Numbered from the stretch's first letter, positions 17,796 through 27,347 are shown. The stretch is 36,968 nt of DNA from Lentisphaeria bacterium (GCA_041690595.1 JAWLHB010000029.1:62001-98968), one strand, 5' to 3'. A program made the numbers and translations. The notes: generated from the sequence alone by a model not told the origin.

Positions 17796-18732
17796 TCCGT
17801 TCTCTCCTCCTCCACCCGACCTGCTCAGTGCCTTCAATGAACGCTGGCAGGCGCGAAATGTCGTGGCGCATCGTTGCCAGCCGCCGCCATGGTGGGCGCC
17901 GGGGACGGTGGCGAGCGGAGAGCTGCATTATCAGTATCAGCGGTATCTGCCGGTCGTCGATTATCTGCGGGAGCTGGAGGGGCTGCTGGCGTCATCGCTG
18001 CCCCACCCTCTCTGGGTCCCTTCGGCGGTGCGGCGGCCGGAGCAGTGGGCATCGCTGGCGGCACTGTGGGACGATCTGCCCGAGGCGTTCGGCGGCCGCC
18101 TCACCTGGAGCGTGGACGACCTCTGGCCGCTCGCTTGCGCCCTGGCGGATCTGGAGCCTTACGGCAGCCGCGCCGGGCGTTATCCTGAACAACGGGAGCT
18201 GCTGGGGAAGCTCCAGCTCGCCCCTGGCGACCTGATTCTCGATCATGGCTGCGGCACCGGCCAGGGCAGTTGGGAGATCGCGGGCTGGCTCAGCGAAGCG
18301 GGCCGCCCTCTGACCCTTCTCGGGATCACCCGGGAACCGCTGGAAGCGTGGATGGCGCGGGAACAGCGCCTCCCCCACCATCCGAAGCTGCCGCCCGACC
18401 GCATCTTTCCCCCGCCACCTACCGGGCTACGCTGCAGCTTTGTTGCCGGCGACATCCGCACCTTTGCGCTCACGGCACCCGCGCGGCTGGTTGTCTGCAA
18501 TGGCCTCATCGGCGGTCCGGCGCTGCATGCCGAAGCGGAGTTGGAAGGGCTCCTTCAGCGCCTCACAGACAGCCTTGGGGATGGCGGCTGGCTGCTTGTC
18601 GGCGACCGCTTCCATGGCGGCTGGGATGCCAGCCGCGCCCGCTTCCGCGAGCTGGCCCTGCAACGCTTCGCCATCGTGGGCGAGGCAGGCCGCTCCCTGC
18701 TTCTGCGCCTCGATCGGCCGAACAGCAGGTGA
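17785..18732 (+). CDS. Class I SAM-dependent methyltransferase-like protein
   Basis: Motif I ILDHGCGTGQG, FVAGDI, LVVCNGLIGG, LGDGGWLLV. ATG 17785 overlaps the end of the HTH gene. Confidence 0.7.
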   Translation: MSSSPFSPPPPDLLSAFNERWQARNVVAHRCQPPPWWAPGTVASGELHYQYQRYLPVVDYLRELEGLLASSLPHPLWVPSAVRRPEQWASLAALWDDLPEAFGGRLTWSVDDLWPLACALADLEPYGSRAGRYPEQRELLGKLQLAPGDLILDHGCGTGQGSWEIAGWLSEAGRPLTLLGITREPLEAWMAREQRLPHHPKLPPDRIFPPPPTGLRCSFVAGDIRTFALTAPARLVVCNGLIGGPALHAEAELEGLLQRLTDSLGDGGWLLVGDRFHGGWDASRARFRELALQRFAIVGEAGRSLLLRLDRPNSR

Positions 18733-18828
18733 CGGATTGGCTTATTGCGCGGTTTCGGTTTTCAATTTGGCGCTTTGAGCCTTACTATATCGGGCACATC
18801 ACTGGTACCTTCTCCGCGGAGTCCTGTC

Positions 18829-19512
18829 GTGAAGCTTTCGGTCATCATCCCTGTCTACAATGAGGAAAAGACTGTTCTCGAGGTGATCCGGCGCGTGCAG
18901 GCGGTGCAGATCGAGAAGGAGATCATTCTGGTCAACGATTGCTCGACGGACGGGACGCGGGCGAAGCTGGAATCGCTGCCACCTCAGCCGGGCTTGGTCA
19001 TCGTACATCACGAGCATAACCAGGGGAAAGGGGCGGCCATTCGGACGGCGAAAGGGCATCTGACGGGTGATGTGGTGATCATCCAGGATGCCGATCTGGA
19101 GTACTCACCGGCGGAATACCCCAAGCTGTGGCGCCTCTTCGAGGAGAACAAGGCGGATGTCGTCTATGGCAGCCGCTATTCCGGGACCGAAATCCTGGTC
19201 GATACCTTCTGGCACTACCTTGGCAACAAGCTCCTCACCACCTTCTCCAACATGCTGTCGAATCTGCATCTGACGGATATGGAGACCTGCTACAAGATGA
19301 TGCGAACGGAGATCTTTCAGCGCTTCGACATCGAGTGCGACTGCTTCGGCTTCGAGCCGGAAATCACCGCCAAGCTTGCCAAGCTCGACGTGCGCATCTA
19401 CGAAGTGCCGATCTCGTATGAAGCACGACGTTTTGACGAGGGGAAGAAGATCGGCTGGCGGGATGCGGTGAAGGCCTTCGTCTACATCGTCAAGTTCAAT
19501 CTCTTTCGCTGA
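18829..19512 (+). CDS. GT2 glycosyltransferase (polyprenol-phosphate glycosyltransferase-like)
   Basis: KLSVIIPVYNEE, VNDCSTDGT, NQGKGAA, IQDADLEYSP, LTDMETCYK, FGFEPEIT. GTG start chosen at 18829. Confidence 0.93.
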   Translation: MKLSVIIPVYNEEKTVLEVIRRVQAVQIEKEIILVNDCSTDGTRAKLESLPPQPGLVIVHHEHNQGKGAAIRTAKGHLTGDVVIIQDADLEYSPAEYPKLWRLFEENKADVVYGSRYSGTEILVDTFWHYLGNKLLTTFSNMLSNLHLTDMETCYKMMRTEIFQRFDIECDCFGFEPEITAKLAKLDVRIYEVPISYEARRFDEGKKIGWRDAVKAFVYIVKFNLFR

Positions 19513-19518
19513 CGCCGA

Positions 19519-20712
19519 TCAGTAGTCGAGGATGGCCTGCTGAAGCTCCCGCGCGAAGATATCGATGTCGTCGACACTGTTCTGAGAGGCGAAGCTGATG
19601 CGGAGGGTCCCGAACGCGACCTCGTTGGAGAGTCCCATGGCGGTGAGAACGCGGCTGGGCCTGGCGCTTTCGGCCGCACAGGCGCTGCCGGTGCCGATGA
19701 TGACGCCCCGCTCGCCGAGTTGGCGGGCCAGCACGGCCCCCTGGAAGCCGGGAAGGCTGAAGGCGAGGATATAGGGCGATGCGTCGGCAGGGGAGATCAG
19801 CCGTAGCGGCAGCGGCTTGCCGCGCCGATCGCGCAAGCCGTGGAGTCGCTCGCGGGTCAGGCGGTTCAGTTCCTCGACCTGCCGCCAGACCTCGGCCCGA
19901 TGGGCGAACTGCAGCTGCGCGGCGATGACCAGCCCCTCGATGCCGACCGCATCCAATGACCCGGATCGCAGATTTCCCTGCTGGCCGCCGCCATGCAAGA
20001 GAGGCGAGAGGCTGATCCCCCGCCGAAAGATCAGCGCCCCGACTCCGCCAGGGCCATGGAACTTGTGCGCCGAGAGCGAGAGCAGGTCGATGCGCGCTTC
20101 CCGCCACGGCAACGCACACTTGCCGAAGGCCTGTACCGCGTCGGTGTGGAGCAGCGCCTGGGGTGCATGCGCATCCATGGTCCGGCGGACGGAGACGAGA
20201 TCCTGAAGAACACCCGTTTCGTTCTGTGCGAGGCAGATGGAGACCAGGCGGGTTGTGGGGCGCAAGAGCGCGGCCAGTTGGTCCAACCTCAGCTTGCCTT
20301 CTGCATCAATCGGCGCCTCGACAACGGGTACGCCTTCGCGGGCCATGATAGCGGCCGTTTCGGCCACGGACGCATGTTCGGCGGCACCGATCAGCAGCAG
20401 CGCCTCCGCCGGGCGAACGCCGGCCAGGTGGCCGCGGAGGGCCAGGTTGTTGGCTTCGGTGCCGCCGCTGGTCCAGATGATGTCGGCGCTCCCGCCCTCG
20501 ATATCAGCAGCCTGCATGAGGAGTTCACCCTGGCGGCGCAGATGCAGGCGCAGTCGATAGCCGAACCGGTGCGCGGCGCTCGCATTGGCGTAGCTTTGGC
20601 GCAACAGATCGGGATAGCTGTCGATCACATATGGGGCCGGCGGAGTCGACGCAGCGTTGTCCAGGTAAACCCACCGTTCAGCTGGAGGCGCGAGATCGGG
20701 AGAAAAAGGCAT
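19519..20712 (-). CDS. Cysteine desulfurase (IscS/NifS-like, class V PLP enzyme)
   Basis: YLDNAAST, TSGGTEANN, HTDAVQAFGK, SAHKFHGP (PLP Lys), GSAC (catalytic Cys), LRISF. Start uncertain. Confidence 0.9.
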   Translation of the reverse strand: MPFSPDLAPPAERWVYLDNAASTPPAPYVIDSYPDLLRQSYANASAAHRFGYRLRLHLRRQGELLMQAADIEGGSADIIWTSGGTEANNLALRGHLAGVRPAEALLLIGAAEHASVAETAAIMAREGVPVVEAPIDAEGKLRLDQLAALLRPTTRLVSICLAQNETGVLQDLVSVRRTMDAHAPQALLHTDAVQAFGKCALPWREARIDLLSLSAHKFHGPGGVGALIFRRGISLSPLLHGGGQQGNLRSGSLDAVGIEGLVIAAQLQFAHRAEVWRQVEELNRLTRERLHGLRDRRGKPLPLRLISPADASPYILAFSLPGFQGAVLARQLGERGVIIGTGSACAAESARPSRVLTAMGLSNEVAFGTLRISFASQNSVDDIDIFARELQQAILDY

Positions 20713-20869
20713 GGATTGCGCTACATTGGGAGTTTGCAGGTAGTTGGGCAAGCAGCTACATTAACAAGTTATCCAACGCTTTGCCACCCCGCCGGCGGAA
20801 GCGGATACAGGAGTCCATGGCAACCTTCGAAAGCAGCGGCGCGAGCTGCACGGGAAAACGGCATGAATC

Positions 20870-21427
20870 ATGCATAATGACCTGGCTGAGGTACTGATCA
20901 GCGCCGCCCGAATCGAGGCGCGAGTAGGCGAATTGGCGACCAGACTTGCCGCCGATTATGCGGGCCTTCCCCTGTCGGTGGTGATCATCTCCAACGGCTC
21001 ACTCTTCTTTGCGGCCGACCTGCTGCGCGCTCTCCCCCTGCCGCTGCAGCTCGACACCATCAGCGCCAGTTCCTATACCGGCACCCGGCGCCGGGATACC
21101 GTCGACCTCCACGGCGGCCTGAGACTGAGCATCGCCAACCGACATGTGCTCCTGCTCGACGATATCTACGATTCCGGTATGACCCTGCAGACAGTAAGTC
21201 ACGCCCTGCTCCTGGCCAAACCCGCATCTCTGCGCACCTGCGTGCTGCTTCGCAAGCAGCGGTCCGGCACGGTTGGAAGCCGTCCGGATTATGTTGGTTT
21301 CGAGATCGCGGACACGTTCGTGGTGGGCTATGGGCTGGACTTCCGTGAATGCTACCGCAACCTGCCGTACATCGGGGTGCTGCACGCGCACCTTTATGCG
21401 AGCGCACCATCGGAGGGATCCTCATGA
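20870..21427 (+). CDS. hpt: Hypoxanthine phosphoribosyltransferase
   Basis: GSLFFAADL, ASSY, VLLLDDIYDSGMTL PRPP motif, FVVGYGLD..E.YRNLPYI. Confidence 0.92.
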   Translation: MHNDLAEVLISAARIEARVGELATRLAADYAGLPLSVVIISNGSLFFAADLLRALPLPLQLDTISASSYTGTRRRDTVDLHGGLRLSIANRHVLLLDDIYDSGMTLQTVSHALLLAKPASLRTCVLLRKQRSGTVGSRPDYVGFEIADTFVVGYGLDFRECYRNLPYIGVLHAHLYASAPSEGSS

Positions 21428-22368
21428 AGCCGCCCGCCGAAAGCGAGATGAACGCGCAGATCATGCGTTCGATGTTCTCCGGCACCATCCACAACATGGG
21501 CAACCTGCTCACCATGGCCAGCCTTGCCATCGGTGAACTCGAAGAGGCCCACGGCACAGGCAGTCCTCCCCTCATCGACATGGTCCTTCAGGAGATCCTC
21601 CCAGCTATCGAGAAGCATGCCAGGGACGGGACCATCCAGCACTTTCTGACGGAGGACCCGCGCGGCCGCGAAATGCTGCAGGCCATGCGGGAATTGCTCG
21701 ACTACCAGCGCAAGGTCCTGCTGAGACAACGCGCCAGCATCGAGACGCTCGCCAACAAGATGAGCCACCTCAACGGCATCATCAGTCTGCAGCAGCAGCT
21801 GCTGGTCGGACTCGGCACGACCGAGCAGACCGACCTCGAACGGCTGGCGGACGACGCGCTCAAGATGATCGGTCCATCCGCCACGCGGCAGGGCATCGAC
21901 CTCGTCCGGCGCCTGAAGAAGGCGCCGCCCGTGCTGGTCGATCCCTCGGCCATGACACAGGTCCTGATCAACCTGATCAAGAACGCGATCGAAGCGTTCG
22001 CCGAGCATGACAATCAAGCCGCCAAGTGCATCATGGTGATCACGGACGTGGGGATGCACAACGGCAGTGAATGCGCCTGCTGCATCATCCAGGACAACGG
22101 CCCTGGCATGCCGGCGGATGTGGCTGAACGGGCCTTCGACTTCGGTTTTACCACGAAGCGGCGAACCCGCGGCGAACGGGGAGTCGGCTTGCATTTCTGC
22201 CGGGAGACTGTAGAAGCATTCAAAGGCACTATCGAGATTCAGACGTCTCCCGGAAAGGGGGCCACCTTCACTATCTGGCTGCCATTGGCAGCCGAGCACG
22301 AGGACGCGGCAAGCGCCGCGGCCGCCCATTCGGGCTCGGACGTTCATCTCAGCATCGACGAGGGATAA
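21424..22368 (+). CDS. Cytoplasmic histidine kinase without a sensor domain
   Basis: H-box TIHNMGNLL about 23 aa from the start, N-box QVLINLIKNA, G1 DNGPG, F FDFGFTTK, G2 GVGL. ATGA overlap with hpt. Confidence 0.88.
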   Translation: MKPPAESEMNAQIMRSMFSGTIHNMGNLLTMASLAIGELEEAHGTGSPPLIDMVLQEILPAIEKHARDGTIQHFLTEDPRGREMLQAMRELLDYQRKVLLRQRASIETLANKMSHLNGIISLQQQLLVGLGTTEQTDLERLADDALKMIGPSATRQGIDLVRRLKKAPPVLVDPSAMTQVLINLIKNAIEAFAEHDNQAAKCIMVITDVGMHNGSECACCIIQDNGPGMPADVAERAFDFGFTTKRRTRGERGVGLHFCRETVEAFKGTIEIQTSPGKGATFTIWLPLAAEHEDAASAAAAHSGSDVHLSIDEG

Positions 22369-22373
22369 GGTAC

Positions 22374-23996
22374 ATGGACAGGAATCACCGCATCATGATC
22401 GTGGACGATCAGGAAGATCTGCGCATGCAGGTGGCGAAGATGCTGCAGCAGCGGTCGGCCGACCTGGAGACGGCGTCGCTCATCGCGCAGATACGCCATC
22501 GCATCGGCCGGGGCCGTGAGTCCGCCCCCCAGAATCAGCGCGCCTCGTACGAAGTGGATACTTTCGCTCAGGGCAAGGATGCCTACGAAGGTGTCAAGAA
22601 GGCCATAGCCGAAAACCGACCGTATGCGCTCATGTTCCTCGACATGCGGATGCCACCGGGCTGGGACGGCATGGAAACAGCGCAGCGCATCCGCACCATC
22701 GACCGGGAGATGCAGATCGTCATCATGACGGCCTATGCGGATTACGATCAAAGCGAAATGGCGGACAAGATCGGCGAGCCGGACAAGCTCCTGTACATCA
22801 AGAAACCGTTTCATCCGGAAGAGATCCGGCAGCTCGCGCTCGCCCTGACGGAGAAGTGGAATCTGAACCGTCGCGAGAAAGAACGGTTGGTCCTGACGAA
22901 TCGGTTAATGCGGGAGAACGGTTACTTGACGCGGCAGGGATTCGAAAGCCTGCAGACGACCAACAACTCAATTCTCAATGCCTTTGTTTCGTTTGTCGAT
23001 GCCCGGGAAGGCGCGCTGATCCAGCGCAACGCCGGGGATCTTCTGGCCCTTGCTTCGACGTCTGAGGCAGCCGCCACGGCGATTCTCGACGATCTGAGCG
23101 ATGAAGAGAAGAACAGCCCGCGCATGATTGCCAATGACAAGGCCGGCAGCATTCTTCTGCCCATCATCTTTGGCGGCTTCGACGGCTTTGTCTACATGCG
23201 CGGCAAGGGGCTCAACTTTCCCTTCGATCAACTTCGACCGTTTCTCGACATCCTCATGGAGACGGCCCGCGGCGTTCTCCGCAACGGCATCTTCATGGCC
23301 GAACAGCAGCCCGCGGATGAGCTGAGCGTGGTGGCGCCGGCTCTTGGCAATCTCGCCGCGCACTGCATCGGCGCTCTGGAGGAATCGCATCGGATCGCGA
23401 AACAGGTTTCGGAAGCGACGGACATCACTTCCTGTAGCGAGCTCGGCCTCAGCCTGCAACGGCAGATCGCTCCCCTCATCGCGACCAACCAGCGCCTCAA
23501 GACGCTTGCGCGGGTGGCCGCCAGCCCCCTCAACCTGGCCACTCACGATGTGGGCGCCCTTCTCGAACGCGCGGTTTCGCCGCATCGTGAAAGTGCCCGC
23601 GCCGCGGAGATCGATATCTCGATGCAGATCGAGCCGGGCGTCAGCATCACCGCCGACAGCGAATTGATGCAGGTTGCCTTGACGGAAGTCATCGGCACCC
23701 TGCTGAACTCCCTCAAGGAGGGGACGAGCAGCAATGGCAAGAAGGTGGTGATCAAGAGCGCCCAGCGGGAAGACGACGATATTGTTCGCGTGGAAATCTC
23801 GGAAAATGCCCGTGGCATGAGCGAGATGAAGGAAGGAAAGCTCTTCGAGCCATTCCAGGGCGGCGAAGATGGACTGAACATCGGCATGACCATTTCACGA
23901 CACGTGATCCTGCGTCACCGCGGCACGATTCGCTGCGACAATGTACCGGGGCACGGTTGCACCTTCCACATCAACCTGCCGATCAGCGGGCCATGA
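22374..23996 (+). CDS. Response-regulator receiver fused to a degenerate histidine-kinase-like module
   Basis: IMIVDD, FLDMRMPPGWDG, IMTAY and YIKKPF are intact; the C-terminal HATPase-like region has altered N, G1 and G2 boxes. Confidence 0.85.
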   Translation: MDRNHRIMIVDDQEDLRMQVAKMLQQRSADLETASLIAQIRHRIGRGRESAPQNQRASYEVDTFAQGKDAYEGVKKAIAENRPYALMFLDMRMPPGWDGMETAQRIRTIDREMQIVIMTAYADYDQSEMADKIGEPDKLLYIKKPFHPEEIRQLALALTEKWNLNRREKERLVLTNRLMRENGYLTRQGFESLQTTNNSILNAFVSFVDAREGALIQRNAGDLLALASTSEAAATAILDDLSDEEKNSPRMIANDKAGSILLPIIFGGFDGFVYMRGKGLNFPFDQLRPFLDILMETARGVLRNGIFMAEQQPADELSVVAPALGNLAAHCIGALEESHRIAKQVSEATDITSCSELGLSLQRQIAPLIATNQRLKTLARVAASPLNLATHDVGALLERAVSPHRESARAAEIDISMQIEPGVSITADSELMQVALTEVIGTLLNSLKEGTSSNGKKVVIKSAQREDDDIVRVEISENARGMSEMKEGKLFEPFQGGEDGLNIGMTISRHVILRHRGTIRCDNVPGHGCTFHINLPISGP

Positions 23997-24050
23997 TACA
24001 TTGGTGATCCGCCTGTTCCCCTCCTCCTCCACCCTTCGAAAAGTTGCCTG

Positions 24051-24872
24051 ATGTCAAGTTTCTTCGACATATTGCTCGGTACGTGGGAATTTATTCAGTA
24101 CATGCTGCGCTTTGTCGCGGAAGTGGGGCTCCTCTCCTTCATCATCTATCTGGCGCTGGTATTCCTGCGCGGGACGCGGGCCGCGCCGATTCTTCTGGGG
24201 CTGGTCATCATCGTGCTGGTCGGGTTCATCGTCTCGAAAGTGATGGGGCTGGAGGTGATCGAGTGGCTGCTGGCAAAGCTTCCCGCGCTGATCGCGCTGG
24301 CGGTCCTGATCATCTTTCAGCCGGAATTGCGCCGCGCCCTGGCGGAAGTGGGCAGCAATCCGCATCGTTTTCTGCGGGGAGAACACAACATTGTCCAGGC
24401 CATCGATGCCCTGATCAATGCCTCGTACTACCTGGCCGAACGGAACATCGGCGCGCTCATCGCCATCGAGCGGGACATCGGCATGCGCGCCGTGATCGAC
24501 GCGGGTGTGCGTATCGATGCACCAATCAGCGCCGAGCTGCTCATGACCATCTTCTACCCGAACACTCCGCTGCACGACGGCGCCGTCGTCATCCGCGAGG
24601 GGATGATCGTCTCGGCTTCCTGCTTTTTTCCGTTGACGCAGGCGCCACTGAGCCGGCAGTTGGGCACGCGCCACCGCGCCGGCGTCGGCATCACCGAGGA
24701 GACCGATGCCGTGGTGATCATCGTCTCCGAAGAGCGCGGCAGCGTCAGTCTGGCCACACGCGGCATCCTCGTGCAGGATGTCGGCAAGGCACGCATGCGC
24801 CGTCACCTGACAAATTACCTGATCAAGGGTAAGTCAACTGTCCGCGGACCACGCTCCAGCAGCAGCACCTGA
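24051..24872 (+). CDS. cdaA: Diadenylate cyclase (c-di-AMP synthase), membrane-bound CdaA/DacA type
   Basis: Three N-terminal TM helices, IFQPELRRAL, GALIAIER, TPLHDGA, LGTRHRA, VSEERG. Confidence 0.95.
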   Translation: MSSFFDILLGTWEFIQYMLRFVAEVGLLSFIIYLALVFLRGTRAAPILLGLVIIVLVGFIVSKVMGLEVIEWLLAKLPALIALAVLIIFQPELRRALAEVGSNPHRFLRGEHNIVQAIDALINASYYLAERNIGALIAIERDIGMRAVIDAGVRIDAPISAELLMTIFYPNTPLHDGAVVIREGMIVSASCFFPLTQAPLSRQLGTRHRAGVGITEETDAVVIIVSEERGSVSLATRGILVQDVGKARMRRHLTNYLIKGKSTVRGPRSSSST

Positions 24873-24892
24873 ACCCCTCAATCTGAGCAACG

Positions 24893-25924
24893 ATGAACTG
24901 GAAACGCATACTGGTGGAAGACTGGCCGCGCAAGCTGGTTGCGGTGCTCCTCGCGCTGATCATCTGGTATGCCGTCTCCGCCCAGCTACAACAGCGCATG
25001 ACCATCACGGTGCCGGTTCAATTCACCACCGACGACACCTCCGTCAAGCTCACGGATCCGGAAAATCTACCTCAGGTGACGATCACGCTGCGCGGCTCCA
25101 ACAGGAGCCTGTCCCAAGTCACCAGCAACAACGTGGAAGTCCTGCACCAGATCCAGAGGTGGCCCGGCGCAGGGGATTACGAGGCGTTTATTCGCGAGCA
25201 GAATGTCGACCTTCCCCACGGGGTCCACATCATGGACATCACACCCAACCGAGTGAATGTATCGCTGGACAAAGTGACCACCAAGGAGTTGACGGTGGTG
25301 CCGACGTTTGCCGGCAGACTGGAGTCGGGATGGGAACGTCGTCGCACGGAGATCGTACCGCGCACGGTCAAAGTGCGGGGGCTGCGACGCGAACTGGACG
25401 ACCTCCGGGAGATCACCACTCAGCCCATCCCGCTTGGTGACGATACGCCAGTTTCCTTCGATATCGAAGTGGCACTGAAGCCGCCGACGGACCGCATCGA
25501 AGTCATCGGGCGTAACAAAGTTGTCGTCACCGTGGAGTTGCGCCGGACGCTTGTCGAAGAGCCCATGTCTGGTCTCAATCTCCATGTTCTTCAGCTCAAG
25601 GAGAGTCAGCTTTACGTGGCGGAGATCGAGTTGCCGCGCTACCAGGAGCCTGGCGTCAAGGTGGTCATCGAGGGTCCGAGCGAAGCGATTGACCGCCTGA
25701 CGAGCGATGCCGTCCGGGCCTTCATCGACATCACCGCCGTGCCCCAGGCTGGAAAACTCACCTTGCCCGTGCAGATCTGGCTCAACGCCAGAGGCTGCCG
25801 TGTACGCGAGCAAAGCATTCAGCCCATGAATGTGGAGGTGACCATCGCTCGCCGGCCAGATCCGGCTGATGCGAGCCCTCCATCCGCCCCGGAGCCGACC
25901 GTTCCCGAACCGGGTGGTCAGTAG
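24893..25924 (+). CDS. cdaR: CdaR/YbbR-like regulator
   Basis: N-terminal anchor KLVAVLLALIIWYAV, repeated YbbR-like units (VTITLRG, P..VKVRG, VVIEGP), directly after cdaA. Confidence 0.85.
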   Translation: MNWKRILVEDWPRKLVAVLLALIIWYAVSAQLQQRMTITVPVQFTTDDTSVKLTDPENLPQVTITLRGSNRSLSQVTSNNVEVLHQIQRWPGAGDYEAFIREQNVDLPHGVHIMDITPNRVNVSLDKVTTKELTVVPTFAGRLESGWERRRTEIVPRTVKVRGLRRELDDLREITTQPIPLGDDTPVSFDIEVALKPPTDRIEVIGRNKVVVTVELRRTLVEEPMSGLNLHVLQLKESQLYVAEIELPRYQEPGVKVVIEGPSEAIDRLTSDAVRAFIDITAVPQAGKLTLPVQIWLNARGCRVREQSIQPMNVEVTIARRPDPADASPPSAPEPTVPEPGGQ

Positions 25925-26032
25925 TCGGCATTCGCGGGATTCGCGTCAATTGCCACAAGAGTGGACATGCCGACGCGATTAATTATATGTTGTGATCTGT
26001 TGACGTGACTTCTGGCTGCTCTATGTTATGAG

Positions 26033-26060
26033 CTTGCACCCAAACAAGTTTGGGTGCAAG
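26033..26060. promoter_or_regulatory. Perfect 13-bp inverted repeat just downstream of the putative gdh promoter
   Basis: cttgcacccaaac-aa-gtttgggtgcaag; TTGACG (26000-26005), 16 nt, TATGTT (26022-26027) lies upstream. Confidence 0.65.
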
Positions 26061-26092
26061 ATGTATCCGGACCTATTATCAAGGAGAGACCG

Positions 26093-27346
26093 ATGTACAA
26101 TGCGTTTCAGGTTGCGAAAGAGCGATTCTATCTATTTGCGGAGCGGGTCGGACTGGACCGGCTTTATCCGCGGGAGAATCTGGCGGAACGCCTGACGACG
26201 CCGGATCGGTCGGTGGAAGTGCGTTTGAGTTTGAAACTGGATGATGGTTCGGTGCAAATCTGCAATGGGTATCGGGTGCAGTTCAACGACGATCGCGGCC
26301 CCTACAAGGGGGGAATCCGGTTTCATCCGGTGGTCGATCTGGACGAGGTGAAAGCGCTGGCGTTCTGGATGTACATCAAGACGGCGGTCGTCAATATACC
26401 TTTCGGGGGCGCCAAGGGGGGTATCAAGGTCGACTACCAGGCGCTGAAGCCGGCTGAACAGGAACGGCTGACCAAACGGTATGCGAAAGTCATGATCTCG
26501 GAGTTTGGCGCCGAGAAGGACATACCCGCACCCGATGTGAATACGGGGGCCCGCGAGATGGCGTGGATCATGGACACCTGGCGCATGATCCATGGCCGCT
26601 ATCAGCGCGGCGTGGTGACGGGCAAGCCGGTGGAGATGGGCGGATCCCTCGGACGTGCTACCGCCACGGGGCGCGGGGTTATCTTCTGTGTGGAGCAGGC
26701 AGCCAAGGAGATCGGCCTGGATCTGTCCAGCGCGACGGCGTCGGTACAGGGCTTCGGCAACGTCGGCTCCGCTTCAGCCGTTTTTCTGTCGGAGCTGGGA
26801 GCCAAGGTGATCGCGGTGTCGGACTACTATGGCGCGGTGCGAAATCCGCGCGGCCTGGATATTCCGGCGCTGTTGCTGCACGTCCAGGAAGGTGGCAAGG
26901 TGCATGAGTTTGCCGGTGGGGAAGCCATTGCCCGCGACGATCTTTTCGGGGAGAAGGTGGACGTGCTCGTGCCGGCAGCGCTGGAGAATGCCATCAACAT
27001 CGAGAATGTCGACCGGATCCAGGCAAAGCTGATAGCCGAGGGTGCCAACGGGCCGATTTCTCAGGATGCGGGCTTTGTGCTGATGGACAAGCAGGTGGAA
27101 GTGATCCCCGATGTTCTCTGCAACGCCGGCGGCGTTACCGTCAGCTATTTTGAATGGGTGCAGAACCGCCAGGAATTCTACTGGGATGCCCAACGGGTGG
27201 ATGACGAGCTGCGCCAGATCATGGTCAACGCGTATCAGCATGTGTATGAGACGTCGCAACTGCACAACTGCACCAAGCGGGAAGCCGCGTATCGAATTGC
27301 CATCGCCCGCGTCGCGGAAGCCGCGCATCGTCGGGGAGTCCAGTAG
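26093..27346 (+). CDS. gdhA: Glu/Leu/Phe/Val dehydrogenase (glutamate dehydrogenase)
   Basis: RGPYKGGIRFHP, PFGGAKGG, DIPAPDVNT, QGFGNVG, EGANGP, NAGGVTVSYFEWVQN. AAGGAG RBS at 26081. Confidence 0.93.
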   Translation: MYNAFQVAKERFYLFAERVGLDRLYPRENLAERLTTPDRSVEVRLSLKLDDGSVQICNGYRVQFNDDRGPYKGGIRFHPVVDLDEVKALAFWMYIKTAVVNIPFGGAKGGIKVDYQALKPAEQERLTKRYAKVMISEFGAEKDIPAPDVNTGAREMAWIMDTWRMIHGRYQRGVVTGKPVEMGGSLGRATATGRGVIFCVEQAAKEIGLDLSSATASVQGFGNVGSASAVFLSELGAKVIAVSDYYGAVRNPRGLDIPALLLHVQEGGKVHEFAGGEAIARDDLFGEKVDVLVPAALENAINIENVDRIQAKLIAEGANGPISQDAGFVLMDKQVEVIPDVLCNAGGVTVSYFEWVQNRQEFYWDAQRVDDELRQIMVNAYQHVYETSQLHNCTKREAAYRIAIARVAEAAHRRGVQ

Positions 27347-27347
27347 G

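Noticed and set aside
24019..24032. CCTCCTCCTCC anti-Shine-Dalgarno-like tract before cdaA, or a c-di-AMP riboswitch
   Set aside because: The 54-nt gap is too short for a ydaO riboswitch and no pairing partner was found.
25924..25974. 8-bp inverted repeat gtcggcat/atgccgac after cdaR as a terminator
   Set aside because: Long 35-nt loop and no U-tract; could be chance.
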